Origin: an uncultured Prevotellaceae bacterium
GTDB taxonomy: Bacteria; Bacteroidota; Bacteroidia; Bacteroidales; Bacteroidaceae
Reading direction: 5' to 3'
Length of the DNA: 64,000 bases
Assembly: GCA_946404865.1 (NCBI GenBank)
Contig: CAMJFC010000009.1
Coordinates: forward strand, 481 to 64,480
Below the pieces are notes generated by a model. The model had not been told where the DNA came from. It searched no databases and saw nothing but the letters and a program-made list of their open reading frames with translations. A program made the position numbers and the translations under genes. Shown piece after piece: positions 1 to 9,683 of this stretch. The first letter of the stretch is position 1. Every line of letters starts with the position of its first letter.

Positions 1-1054
1 GAACGGTTGAGTAATGCGGGAATTCGCGGGAAAGCGTCTCCATGCTCAGCCGTTCATACATTTGTTCGTTTTTTTCGCTTTCAGGCAAAAAGGCGCAAAA
101 CGTGGTATTATCGGAGATGTAGGTACGCACCAGTTTCTCAGGCATCTGACGGAGATATTCGCCTGTGTTGTGACAGAGCCATACGCCGAAATGTGAACAC
201 CATGCCGAGTCTTTCTGCAACACGTCGTAATGGTGTGCTTCGGAAAGGACATTCGGGTCGCCACCCTCAAAGAAATCGCGGTCGGGCACAGTGTCGCTGT
301 CATGGTCCCACGAATATTGCATGAGTGCCATCCAACCCGTGGCCGCCTGATAGAAGAAACGCCCTGTGCGCACGTAGTTGACACCCCCGATAACAGATGC
401 CATGAGTGCGAAACCCGCGACGAGCCCTGCCGTCTTGCGCAGGAAAAGACTCACTTGCCGTTTGCCGCTAACCGCTTTCCCATAAAGGATGAGAAAACAA
501 GCTATCAGCGCCACAATGAAGACGAGACCCATGGGACGGAACCAGTTGGCCACGGCCAAAAGCACGCCGGCCAAGAGGGCGTATCGCCTGACGGCCACAA
601 GACAGGCCGCCATGGCGAAAAAGAGGAAAGGCAGTTCGCTCAACAGCGAGGTGGCCTCACCATAATTGGCGGGATAAAAGAGGTAGAGCACCAGTGCCAC
701 AGCGGCCGTCTTTGCATCTGCCAACTCTTTGACCAACAAATAGAAACAAAAAGCGGTGGCGCCTTTCATGAGGGCATAAAGCACCAAGAGCGGTGTGACA
801 GAGCCGAAGAGCGTGAGCGACAGTTGCGTCATGGTGATGGCGCCCACATTCCAGAGAAACGCCAACGCATTCATGTCGGCCGCCACGGGATAAGGTTCAC
901 CCGCCGCGTTGGCCGCCTCAGCTAATGCGATATACCCGTTGCTGTCGGGATAAGGGGTATAGCCCAAGAGAAACACCAGCACAATTTGCACCAGTGTGAA
1001 GACCGCCACGGCCTTGAGCGCCATCCCTTGATGGAAAACGTTGTGGGACTGCAT
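1..1054 (-). CDS. Polytopic membrane protein, probable GT-C (PMT/ArnT-like) glycosyltransferase; runs off the window start
   Basis: Manual translation from ATG 1054 (overlaps the udk stop, TGATG): MQSHNVFHQGMALKAVAVFTLVQIVLVFLLGYTPYPDSNGYIALAEAA...LYLFYPANYGEATSLLSELPFLFF. First TM helix is followed by PDSxxY, with a later LLSE motif. The + ORF 230..925 is its antisense shadow. Confidence 0.7.
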   Translation of the reverse strand, partial: MQSHNVFHQGMALKAVAVFTLVQIVLVFLLGYTPYPDSNGYIALAEAANAAGEPYPVAADMNALAFLWNVGAITMTQLSLTLFGSVTPLLVLYALMKGATAFCFYLLVKELADAKTAAVALVLYLFYPANYGEATSLLSELPFLFFAMAACLVAVRRYALLAGVLLAVANWFRPMGLVFIVALIACFLILYGKAVSGKRQVSLFLRKTAGLVAGFALMASVIGGVNYVRTGRFFYQAATGWMALMQYSWDHDSDTVPDRDFFEGGDPNVLSEAHHYDVLQKDSAWCSHFGVWLCHNTGEYLRQMPEKLVRTYISDNTTFCAFLPESEKNEQMYERLSMETLSREFPHYSTV

Positions 1055-1668
1055 CAATGTCCCGGCACAAGGCCCTCGATGTAATTGCACAGGATGCCGA
1101 TGCCCTTGAGATTTTCACCACCTTGCGGGATAATGAGGTCGGCAAACTTCTTCGTGGGCTCGATAAACTGCTCGTGCATGGGTTTGAGCACTGAGAGGTA
1201 TCGGTTGAGCACCATATCCACGGTGCGCCCGCGTTCCACCACGTCGCGTTGTATGTTGCGTATGAGCCGTTCGTCGCTATCGGTATCGACGAAGATTTTC
1301 AGGTCCATCATATCACGCAGTTTGCGGTTGATGAGTGCCATGATGCCCTCGATGATGATGACGGGTTTCGGTTCCACATGCACCGTCTCTTTCAATCGGT
1401 TGGAGAGGATATACGAATAAGTGGGCTGCTCGATGGCCTCGCCATTACGCAACTGGTTGATTTGCTTGATGAGCAGTTTCCAGTCGAAGGCGTCGGGGTG
1501 GTCAAAATTGATGTTCCGCCGTTCTTCATCGGTCATCCCGGTGGTGTCGTTATAATACGAGTCGATGGGAACGACTGCCACATGATGAGGCGGCAGTGCC
1601 TCCACGATTTTCCTTACTACAGTTGTTTTTCCGGAGCCTGTACCTCCGGCAATTCCGATAATGGTCAT
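1054..1668 (-). CDS. udk: Uridine kinase
   Basis: IIGIAGGTGSGKTT P-loop, NFDHPDAFD, IIIEGI, RNIQRDVVERGR, FIEPTKKFADLIIP. Confidence 0.97.
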   Translation of the reverse strand: MTIIGIAGGTGSGKTTVVRKIVEALPPHHVAVVPIDSYYNDTTGMTDEERRNINFDHPDAFDWKLLIKQINQLRNGEAIEQPTYSYILSNRLKETVHVEPKPVIIIEGIMALINRKLRDMMDLKIFVDTDSDERLIRNIQRDVVERGRTVDMVLNRYLSVLKPMHEQFIEPTKKFADLIIPQGGENLKGIGILCNYIEGLVPGH

Positions 1669-1791
1669 TTGAGGGGGTTAAGATATTTGGTTTGAGATAT
1701 GAGGTTTTTTGGTTTGAAATCTGTCATGCCAATACGACATCGGCTGGGATGCCAAGCATAAACAAGAAAAAGTTAACTTATATGTGAATAT

Positions 1792-2352
1792 TCATAAAGA
1801 ACAGAAGAACCTTTGATAATATTCCGCCTTTTTCTCCAAACGTAGGGGATAGGCACGCGAGGAGGAAGGCATCCGGTAAAGGCGAAGGGAGCGCCCCTCG
1901 AAGTCAAAGGGTGTGAAATCACCTAAACGGGGTGAGGCGATGTTGAAATGCGCTGCTGCCAGAAGGCAGGATTTCTCACCCGTAGAGACGATGGCACGCA
2001 GTTGCGGCAGTTGACGGACAAGAGCGGAGAGGTCGGTGGGTTGCACCACCTCCAAGTCTTTGTCCGATGCCGTGTTTTTCAGACGGCGCACCACCGTAGC
2101 AGTGTCATAGAGCGCTATGCCCTGTTCTTGCAACATCTGCTTGATGGCTTCGAGGCGGAACGTACGGTGTTCCTCATCCACGAAATGGTTTTTGTCATCA
2201 TGCAAAATAAGTCCGAAGATGCGCCACATGTCATTGATATAGTTCGGGTAAAAGAATTCCATCGACCAGCGTTGCCGCGCCGGTGGAAAACTGCCCAACA
2301 TGAGGATGGTAGCACCTTCAGGCAGAAAGGGTTGCAAAGGATGGGATTCCAA
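1792..2352 (-). CDS. Uracil-DNA glycosylase superfamily protein (Mug/YjeF-like)
   Basis: LMLGSFPP, FFYPNYINDMWRI, LYRMPSSSRAY motifs; TTG start 2 bp after the nuclease stop. Confidence 0.85.
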   Translation of the reverse strand: MESHPLQPFLPEGATILMLGSFPPARQRWSMEFFYPNYINDMWRIFGLILHDDKNHFVDEEHRTFRLEAIKQMLQEQGIALYDTATVVRRLKNTASDKDLEVVQPTDLSALVRQLPQLRAIVSTGEKSCLLAAAHFNIASPRLGDFTPFDFEGRSLRLYRMPSSSRAYPLRLEKKAEYYQRFFCSL

Positions 2353-2354
2353 GA

Positions 2355-3656
2355 CTACTCCTCGGGTTTGATGGCTGTGCTGTTGACACGCTCGGGTTGC
2401 AAGGCCGGGGCGAGTTCCTCGAATGGTATCGAATCCTCGGCCGGCTTGATATTCAAGGAGCCATGGCGAATCATCTCATTGCGTATCGAGTCGAGCTGCT
2501 CGGGAGTGGGCGGCAACCCGTTGATGTGGAGGGTGTCAATCCCGAGGTTGTCAGCAGGAATGGCGTCTGCGGGCTCATCAGGTTCCTCCTCTACGGGAAT
2601 CGCCGACTTCTCTTTAAGCAGATAGAGCACCACGGGCAGGTGGTCTGAATAACCATTGAGCCATACGCCACTGGCATGTGTGCGCTTCGGTGAACTTTTG
2701 TAGGCGCCCTCTTGCTGCAAGAGATAGTCGCGGCGGAAGATTTGCGCCTTCCAATATTTCAAGGTAGAGAAGTCTTTTTCGCCATTGAGGTTGAGCAGGT
2801 TAGGACTCATCACAATCTGGTCGAAAAGGTTCCACCGCCCGTCATATAAGAGGGTGCCCGACCCTTTCTCCAGGATACGCCACCAGGGGTTGTACATATC
2901 GCCATCCTGCACCTCTTCCATGGTGCGCCGTGCTCTCAGTTCGCGGGCCAGACTGCGGTCGTGCGGGTCATCGTTCATATCACCCATCACAAACACCTTA
3001 CATTTGGGGTCATCAGCGAGCACCGAGTCTTTCACGGCACGCACCTGCCGCCCTGCCGACTCACGATAGAACGAGCCGGAGAAACGCGAGGGCCAGTGGC
3101 ACACGATGACGGTGACGTGCTCACCAGCCATGGTACCACTCACGACAAGGAAACCACGGGTGAAGAAGGTGCTGTCCTTCTCTAACTCTTGCACATAGTT
3201 GACCAACTTCACGTTGCGCACCTTAAACAATGCCGGATTGTAGAGCATGGCACAATCGACACCACGGCGGTCGGGACCTTCGATATGGCAAAAGCGGTAG
3301 CCACGTGCCTTCAGTTCGGGCTGGGCAATCAAATCGTTCAGCGCATTGGCATTCTCCACCTCAGCCATTCCGATGACCGCACAACCCACATTGGCGGGCA
3401 ACACATCGGTACCTAATTCTGACAGTGCTTTCGCCATATTGTGCAACTTATTCGAATATTTCAGCGAGTTCCACTTATTGCCGCCGTCGGGCAGATACTC
3501 ATAATCGTTCTTACCGTAGTCGTGCACGGTATCAAACAAGTTCTCTTGGTTGTAGAATCCCACGCCGTACACTTGATACTGCTTCTGCTGGGCTTTCATT
3601 GAGACAACAGCTGCCAAAAGCAGGAGTGCCAAAAGGATACGTTTCTTATACATCAT
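2355..3656 (-). CDS. Secreted endonuclease/exonuclease/phosphatase (EEP) family nuclease
   Basis: Signal peptide; GFYNQENLFD, GMAEVEN, HWPSR, MGDMND, FDQI, YSDHLPV catalytic motifs. Confidence 0.92.
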   Translation of the reverse strand: MMYKKRILLALLLLAAVVSMKAQQKQYQVYGVGFYNQENLFDTVHDYGKNDYEYLPDGGNKWNSLKYSNKLHNMAKALSELGTDVLPANVGCAVIGMAEVENANALNDLIAQPELKARGYRFCHIEGPDRRGVDCAMLYNPALFKVRNVKLVNYVQELEKDSTFFTRGFLVVSGTMAGEHVTVIVCHWPSRFSGSFYRESAGRQVRAVKDSVLADDPKCKVFVMGDMNDDPHDRSLARELRARRTMEEVQDGDMYNPWWRILEKGSGTLLYDGRWNLFDQIVMSPNLLNLNGEKDFSTLKYWKAQIFRRDYLLQQEGAYKSSPKRTHASGVWLNGYSDHLPVVLYLLKEKSAIPVEEEPDEPADAIPADNLGIDTLHINGLPPTPEQLDSIRNEMIRHGSLNIKPAEDSIPFEELAPALQPERVNSTAIKPEE

Positions 3657-3855
3657 AGTTGATTCTATAGGTCGTTATAATATTATAATCGGTATGTTGT
3701 TATCATGTGATGTTTTCACCATGCAAATATCGTAATTATTTTTGAGAAAAAAAACATATTTAAGCAAAAATATCAAAGAAAGGTTTTATTTTTTAAAAAA
3801 TATTTTGTTACTTTGCACCCATACACGATTATACAAATCAAATATTATCATATTT

Positions 3856-6441
3856 ATGCAAAAAAAGCTGAAATTAGCAGTGATGGCTCTTTGCTGTCCG
3901 ACGCTGATGATGGCACAAGTAGATGTTCCCTCGGGTATTTATGCCGAGGAAGACTCCACCGGACAGGCTATCATCACCATCGACGACGCTGCCTTCACTT
4001 TCTCTGAGACCCAGCTGGGAGAGGATGAGGACATGACGCAAGCCGTGACGATCATGAACTCCAGCAGCAATGTTTATGCCCGACAGGTGGGATTCCTTTT
4101 CTCGCCCGTCCGTTTCCGCTATCGTGCCTTCAATCAGAAGTACAACGACATCTACATCAACGGCGCACCCATGAACGACATGGAGTCGGGGCAGTTCCGC
4201 TACACCATCGTAGGCGGTATCAACAACCTGACTCGCAACTACGACGCAGCCCTGCCTTTTGAGGACAACAGTTTCTCGATGCCGGGCATGGGCGGCAGCA
4301 ACAACTACAATTTCCGCGCAGGCAACGTGGCTTCGGGTCACAAACTGTCTTTGAGTGGTGCCAACCGCAACTACGTGGCGCGCGTGATGTACACCTACGG
4401 CAGTGGTGTGAGTGCCACAGGATGGTCATGGGCCGCATCGCTCGGCTACCGCTGGGCGAAACGGGGCTACGTGAAAGGAACCTTCTACAACTCGCTCTCC
4501 TACTACCTCGGCGTGCAGAAAGTATGGCAGAACCACACCTTCTCACTCGCCACGTGGGGTAACCCCACCGAGCGTGCCTCGCAGGGACCGGTGACCGACG
4601 AGATGTATTGGATTGCCAACGACAACCAATACAACCCCTATTGGGGCTACCAGAACGGCGAGGTGCGTAACTCACGTGTCATCAACGACTTCCAACCCTC
4701 TGTCATCGCTACATGGGACTGGAACATCAACGATGAGATGAAACTCACCACCACCCTCACCGGGCGCTATAGCATGTATAAGAGCACCAAGCTCAATTAT
4801 AATAACGCTGACAACCCGCTGCCAACCTATTGGAAGAATATGCCCAGCAGTTATTATAATGTGTGGCCCGACGACGACGGCACGTTCAACGACCCGCTCA
4901 ACCGCACCGAGCAGGGCTTGGAGGACTGGAACACCGCTTACAACTACCTGAAGGCATCCGAGGCCAACCGGCAAATCGACTGGGACCGCCTCTATTGGGC
5001 CAACCAACAGGCTAACGCAAGCGGGGCTGACGCTTTGTATTACGTGCAGGCCAAGCACAACAACAACTTCAACCTCACCTTCTCGACCATGCTCAAACAG
5101 ATGCTCAACAAGAACAGCACCTGGAACATCGGATTGGTGGCAGCCACCAACAAGGGTATGCACTACCAGACGATGGAGGACCTGATGGGCGCCAACGCAT
5201 TCCATAACATCAACTCGTATGCACTGGGCAATTACGCCGCAGACAACCCCTACGTGCAGTACGACCTGGATCACCCCAACCAACTGATTAAAGAGGGCGA
5301 CACCTTCGGCTACGATTACGACCTCAACGTGCAGAAGGCTTACGCTTGGACCAACTACACGACCACCTTTAGCCGTTTCCGCGCTTTCATCGCCGGTAAG
5401 ATTGGCGGCACGACAATGAGCCGCAACGGTAACATGCGCAACGGTATGTTCGCCGACAACTCCTACGGCAAGAGCGGCACCGCCAAATTCCTTGACGGTG
5501 GTGTGAAAGGTAGCCTGGCTGCCAACTTAGGCGGCGGGCACATGGTACGCCTGGGTGCCGGCTATCAATGGAATGCGCCCATGGCACAGACGGCATTCGT
5601 GTCGCCCGAGACCAACAACGACTTCGTTGACAACCTGAAGAACGAGAAAGTGTTCAGTGCCGAGTTTGACTACCAATACCAAAACTCCTGGCTCCGCGCC
5701 AACATCAATGCCTACTACAGCCAGATGTCGGATGTGACGGAGTGGCAGAACTTCTACTTCGATGACATCAACTCGTTCTCCTACGTGTCGATGACCGGCA
5801 TCGAAAAAGCATACTATGGTGTGGAGGTAGGAATGGAGTTCCGCATCACCTCCGACTTCAACATCCGCGCCGTCGGCACATGGGGCGAGGGTAAGAACAC
5901 CAACAACTGCGATGTTCGCTACCTCAACTCCACCAAGCGCACCTACCACGATGATGTGGTGATGAACAAAGGTATGCACGAGGCGGGCACACCCCTGTCG
6001 GCCTACAGTTTGGCTCTCAACTACAACAAGAGCGGATGGTTCTTGAGTCTGAACGGCAACTACTACGACCGCATCTACCTCTCTTATGCACCATCCTACC
6101 GCTATCAGAGCACGCTCATCACGATGGGCAATGTGAACAACGACGGTTCATACAATGTGCCTGAACAGGCGAAAGGCAAGGGAGGCTTCATGCTCGACGG
6201 CAGCATCGGCCGACTCATCCGCTTGCGCCACGGACGGAGCCTCAGCATCAACCTGATGGTGACCAACATCCTGAACAACACGAAACTCTGTACGGGCGGT
6301 TTCGAACAGAGCCGCAGCGACTACACCGTGAAGGATGACGGTTCGAAGAACAATGAGCGAGCCTATAAATTCTCGCGCAACCCCTATAAATTCTATGCTT
6401 ACGGCATCAACGGCATGCTTAACCTCACCTATAAATTCTAA
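3856..6441 (+). CDS. TonB-dependent outer-membrane receptor/transporter
   Basis: Signal peptide after ATG 3856; plug-like segment (RFRYRAF...YINGAPMND); amphipathic beta-strands; C-terminal LNLTYKF. Confidence 0.85.
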   Translation: MQKKLKLAVMALCCPTLMMAQVDVPSGIYAEEDSTGQAIITIDDAAFTFSETQLGEDEDMTQAVTIMNSSSNVYARQVGFLFSPVRFRYRAFNQKYNDIYINGAPMNDMESGQFRYTIVGGINNLTRNYDAALPFEDNSFSMPGMGGSNNYNFRAGNVASGHKLSLSGANRNYVARVMYTYGSGVSATGWSWAASLGYRWAKRGYVKGTFYNSLSYYLGVQKVWQNHTFSLATWGNPTERASQGPVTDEMYWIANDNQYNPYWGYQNGEVRNSRVINDFQPSVIATWDWNINDEMKLTTTLTGRYSMYKSTKLNYNNADNPLPTYWKNMPSSYYNVWPDDDGTFNDPLNRTEQGLEDWNTAYNYLKASEANRQIDWDRLYWANQQANASGADALYYVQAKHNNNFNLTFSTMLKQMLNKNSTWNIGLVAATNKGMHYQTMEDLMGANAFHNINSYALGNYAADNPYVQYDLDHPNQLIKEGDTFGYDYDLNVQKAYAWTNYTTTFSRFRAFIAGKIGGTTMSRNGNMRNGMFADNSYGKSGTAKFLDGGVKGSLAANLGGGHMVRLGAGYQWNAPMAQTAFVSPETNNDFVDNLKNEKVFSAEFDYQYQNSWLRANINAYYSQMSDVTEWQNFYFDDINSFSYVSMTGIEKAYYGVEVGMEFRITSDFNIRAVGTWGEGKNTNNCDVRYLNSTKRTYHDDVVMNKGMHEAGTPLSAYSLALNYNKSGWFLSLNGNYYDRIYLSYAPSYRYQSTLITMGNVNNDGSYNVPEQAKGKGGFMLDGSIGRLIRLRHGRSLSINLMVTNILNNTKLCTGGFEQSRSDYTVKDDGSKNNERAYKFSRNPYKFYAYGINGMLNLTYKF

Positions 6442-6454
6442 AAGACCTCACGAT

Positions 6455-7336
6455 ATGAAAAACTTCAAATATATGATGATAGCGGTCGTCTACACGTTTC
6501 TCGCATCGTGTATGGCCGACACAGACAGTTTCGAAGCACCGAAACTGGATGAATCACCTTATGGCAACAATGCGCTCACAGAGGAGGGTCTCGTCAGCAT
6601 CGCCGAACTGAAAAACATGTATGGCAACACCATCAGTGCCGACGGCATGGAACAAGTGACCGACGACATCAAGATTAAAGGCGTGGTGACGGGCAACGAC
6701 ATCGAGGGTAACATCTATAATGAAGTGTCGATTGAAGACGGCACCGGTGCTTTCATCATCTGCATCGCACAGGGTGGTCTCTACGGCTACCTGCCCGTGG
6801 GACAAGAGATTCTTATCAGTCTGAAAGACCTTTGGATTGGTTCTTACGGCTATCAAGGCGAAGTAGGCACTCCTTACACCAGTGCATCGGGCAGCACCTA
6901 TGTGAGCCGCATGAGCCGTATGCTGTGGTACGACCACTTCAAACTGATTGGCAAGGCCAACCCCAATTCGCCACTCGCCCAGCCTTTTGAGTTCGATAAA
7001 AACAAATTGGAAGGCCAGTATGCCTCCGTGGAAGATTACATCGCAGCCAACTGCGGCCGTCTGATGACCATCCGCGATGTGGAACTGAAAGACGCCGACG
7101 GGGTGAAAGTCTTCGCCCCCAACGATGGCAGTGTGACGCTGACAGCCAATTGCGCCAACCGCGAAATCATGGGCTACGCCAGCGCACGCATCGTGGTGCG
7201 CACCAGTTCGTATGCCGACTTTGCCAACACGCCCATGCCCACAGGCAAGGTGAACATCACGGGCATCTTCACCCGCTACCGCAACACATGGCAGATTCTG
7301 TTGCGGTCGGTGAATGATATTGAAGTAGTTCAATAG
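6455..7336 (+). CDS. Lipoprotein, DUF5689-like
   Basis: Lipobox FLASC; SIAELK..., IKGVVTGNDIEGNIYNEVSIEDGTG, VRTSSYADFA, GIFTRY..WQILLRSVNDI. Confidence 0.8.
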   Translation: MKNFKYMMIAVVYTFLASCMADTDSFEAPKLDESPYGNNALTEEGLVSIAELKNMYGNTISADGMEQVTDDIKIKGVVTGNDIEGNIYNEVSIEDGTGAFIICIAQGGLYGYLPVGQEILISLKDLWIGSYGYQGEVGTPYTSASGSTYVSRMSRMLWYDHFKLIGKANPNSPLAQPFEFDKNKLEGQYASVEDYIAANCGRLMTIRDVELKDADGVKVFAPNDGSVTLTANCANREIMGYASARIVVRTSSYADFANTPMPTGKVNITGIFTRYRNTWQILLRSVNDIEVVQ

Positions 7337-7374
7337 TTTAAAGAGTAGAAAAGAAATAATAAAAACATACAGAC

Positions 7375-9192
7375 ATGAAAAAGTTATTTTATTCCATGTT
7401 CGCCATTGCAATGGCACTGACCACGTTCACCAGTTGTGAAGACGTGCCGGCACCTTACAATGATCCGAACAACACCAAACCGGAACCCGAAGTGGATGAG
7501 AACCTGATTTTTGAAGAATCTCTTACTAAGAATCCAGGTACTTTCACTGTTTTCACGACAAAGGGTATAGCATGGTCTTTCGGTGGTAGCTATGCTAAAG
7601 GTACAGGCTATAACAATGGTACTAACACCGAGTCTGAGAGTTATCTTGTATCCCCCGACATTAATCTATCGGATGTAGATAAGGCATTTCTTGAGTTTGA
7701 ATACATCTTCGCTTATCCCACTCGTAAAGGAGAAGATAAAGTATTAATTTCAGACAACTTTACAGGAGATCCTTCAACCACACAGTGGACAGACATAACA
7801 GGAACACTTACTCCTTGGAGTAATGGGGATTGGAATACGTGGTCTAAATTTATTTATGTTTTTGGTCAAGAATACCTCGGAAAATCTAACATCCGTATAG
7901 CTCTATATTATTATGGAACTCCTACAGACTCACGTACATGGGAGGTGAAGAACTTCAAGATTCGCAAAGGCGAACCCGAGGAAGAGCCCGGACCGGAGAT
8001 ACCTACCGACCTGGTGGGCGATGGCACACAGGCGAATCCCTACAACGTAGCTTCTGCCTTGAAAGTGATTCAGGCAGTTGGCTCCGCCGGCACAGCAGAA
8101 GAGGTGTATGTGAAAGGTAAATTGGTGAAGATAGAACCGGGCAAGGACGGATTCCCCAACAGCTTTGGTAATGTATCGTTCTACATCTCTGACGACGGTA
8201 CAGAAAGCAACCAACTTTACATCTACCGTTGCTTTGGTATCAACGGCGAACAAATCACCGACGAAAATTACATCAAGAAAGGCGACGACCTCGTGTTGGT
8301 TGGCAAACTGGTGAACTTCAGCAATAACACACCTGAGATGACCAGCGGTGGTAAGATTTTCTCCATCAACGGACAGTCAGGTCCCGAACCCACACCACTG
8401 GCAGACCCGACTGGCAGCGGTACTCAGGACGACCCATATAACGTATCGGCAGCATTAGGCTTTATCAACAACCTGGGCAGCGATGTTCAGTCTAACGAGA
8501 TTTACGTGAAGGGTACTATCTCCAGAATTAAAGAAGTGAACACCGGAGATTACGGCAATGCCACCTATTGGATTTCAGACGACGGTTCACAAAGCAATGA
8601 GCTGCAAGTCTATCATGGATACTACTTGAAGAACGAGAAATTCACCGATGCCAATGCCATCAAGGTGGGCGATGAGGTAATTGTCTGTGGCAAGGTGGTC
8701 AACTTCAAGGGTAACACACCAGAGTTTGTGGACAAGGCCAACTATCTCTACTCCATCAACGGCGACACGGGCGAGCCGAAGGTTGCCGGCACACACGATG
8801 CACCACTCACCATTGCTGATGCGATTGCCTTTGGCGACGCAGAGCACGCCTGGGTGAAAGGCACCATTGTGGGTGTGATAGACGCCGCAGGTGAAGCCCA
8901 CTTCGACTACGACGATGCGATGAGCAACATCGCCCTGCCCTTCTTGCTTGCCGACGGCACTACCGAAACCTTCACCAAAGAACTATCCAAGTGCCTGGTG
9001 GTGAAGACCGCCCGTGGCTCAGAAATCCGCAACAACCTGCATCCTTCACTTCAGACTTTTGGAATGGAAGTCATCATTTACGGTCCATTAGGCAGTTACA
9101 GCAACCTTCGCGGTCTATTGGATCCCCCCTACGCCGAAATCATCATGCCGGACGGCAGCAAACAGACTTTCGGAACTCTGCCAGAGGAGTAA
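7375..9192 (+). CDS. Multidomain surface lipoprotein with two to three OB-fold-like repeats
   Basis: Lipobox FTSC-ED; repeats GxGTxxxPYNVxxAL...YVKG...ISDDG...NTPE...SING at about 8017-8373 and 8413-8763; degenerate third copy from about 8788. Confidence 0.75.
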   Translation: MKKLFYSMFAIAMALTTFTSCEDVPAPYNDPNNTKPEPEVDENLIFEESLTKNPGTFTVFTTKGIAWSFGGSYAKGTGYNNGTNTESESYLVSPDINLSDVDKAFLEFEYIFAYPTRKGEDKVLISDNFTGDPSTTQWTDITGTLTPWSNGDWNTWSKFIYVFGQEYLGKSNIRIALYYYGTPTDSRTWEVKNFKIRKGEPEEEPGPEIPTDLVGDGTQANPYNVASALKVIQAVGSAGTAEEVYVKGKLVKIEPGKDGFPNSFGNVSFYISDDGTESNQLYIYRCFGINGEQITDENYIKKGDDLVLVGKLVNFSNNTPEMTSGGKIFSINGQSGPEPTPLADPTGSGTQDDPYNVSAALGFINNLGSDVQSNEIYVKGTISRIKEVNTGDYGNATYWISDDGSQSNELQVYHGYYLKNEKFTDANAIKVGDEVIVCGKVVNFKGNTPEFVDKANYLYSINGDTGEPKVAGTHDAPLTIADAIAFGDAEHAWVKGTIVGVIDAAGEAHFDYDDAMSNIALPFLLADGTTETFTKELSKCLVVKTARGSEIRNNLHPSLQTFGMEVIIYGPLGSYSNLRGLLDPPYAEIIMPDGSKQTFGTLPEE

Positions 9193-9215
9193 AGAAAAAA
9201 ATAATTGCCAAATCA

Positions 9216-9247
9216 TTTGCACGGGTCAAAAAAAGTTCATACCTTTG
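9216..9247 (+). promoter_or_regulatory. Bacteroidetes sigma-A promoter of rpmE2
   Basis: TTTG at 9216-9219 and TACCTTTG at 9240-9247 fit the -33/-7 consensus. Confidence 0.7.
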
Positions 9248-9299
9248 CAGCCCAAAAGCAATATTTGCATATTTAACACATTATTAGATAACAATTAAA

Positions 9300-9551
9300 A
9301 TGAAAAAAGGTATTCATCCCGAAAACTATCGCCCCGTCGTATTCAGAGATATGTCCAACGGCGATATGTTCCTTACAAAATCTACATGCAAGACAACAGA
9401 TACAGTAGAGTTTGAAGGCGAAACTTACCCTGTGGTAAAAGTAGAAATCTCCAGCACCTCTCACCCGTTCTACACTGGTAAGAGCAAGCTCGTTGACACG
9501 GCTGGCCGCGTTGACCGCTTCATGAACCGCTACGGTAAGATTAAGAAGTAA
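9300..9551 (+). CDS. rpmE2: 50S ribosomal protein L31 type B
   Basis: [17 protein letters not shown]...[11 protein letters not shown]...GRVDRF; no zinc-ribbon CxxC. Confidence 0.97.
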   Translation: MKKGIHPENYRPVVFRDMSNGDMFLTKSTCKTTDTVEFEGETYPVVKVEISSTSHPFYTGKSKLVDTAGRVDRFMNRYGKIKK

Positions 9552-9597
9552 GGAAGCTGAAGCCTCCCCGAGGCGGGATGATTTCCACACATACATT

Positions 9598-9647
9598 AGG
9601 GTGTATCTACAGCGTAGTTGCATATGCGCTTGGGTACACCCTTTTTT
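9598..9647 (+). terminator. Intrinsic terminator after rpmE2
   Basis: AGGGTGTATC...GGGTACACCCT stem followed by a T-run. Confidence 0.7.
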
Positions 9648-9683
9648 ACATTGAACATTGAACAATTAACCTTTGACATTCCT

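Noticed and set aside
230-925. 231-aa plus-strand ORF
   Set aside because: Antisense shadow of the membrane-protein gene on the minus strand
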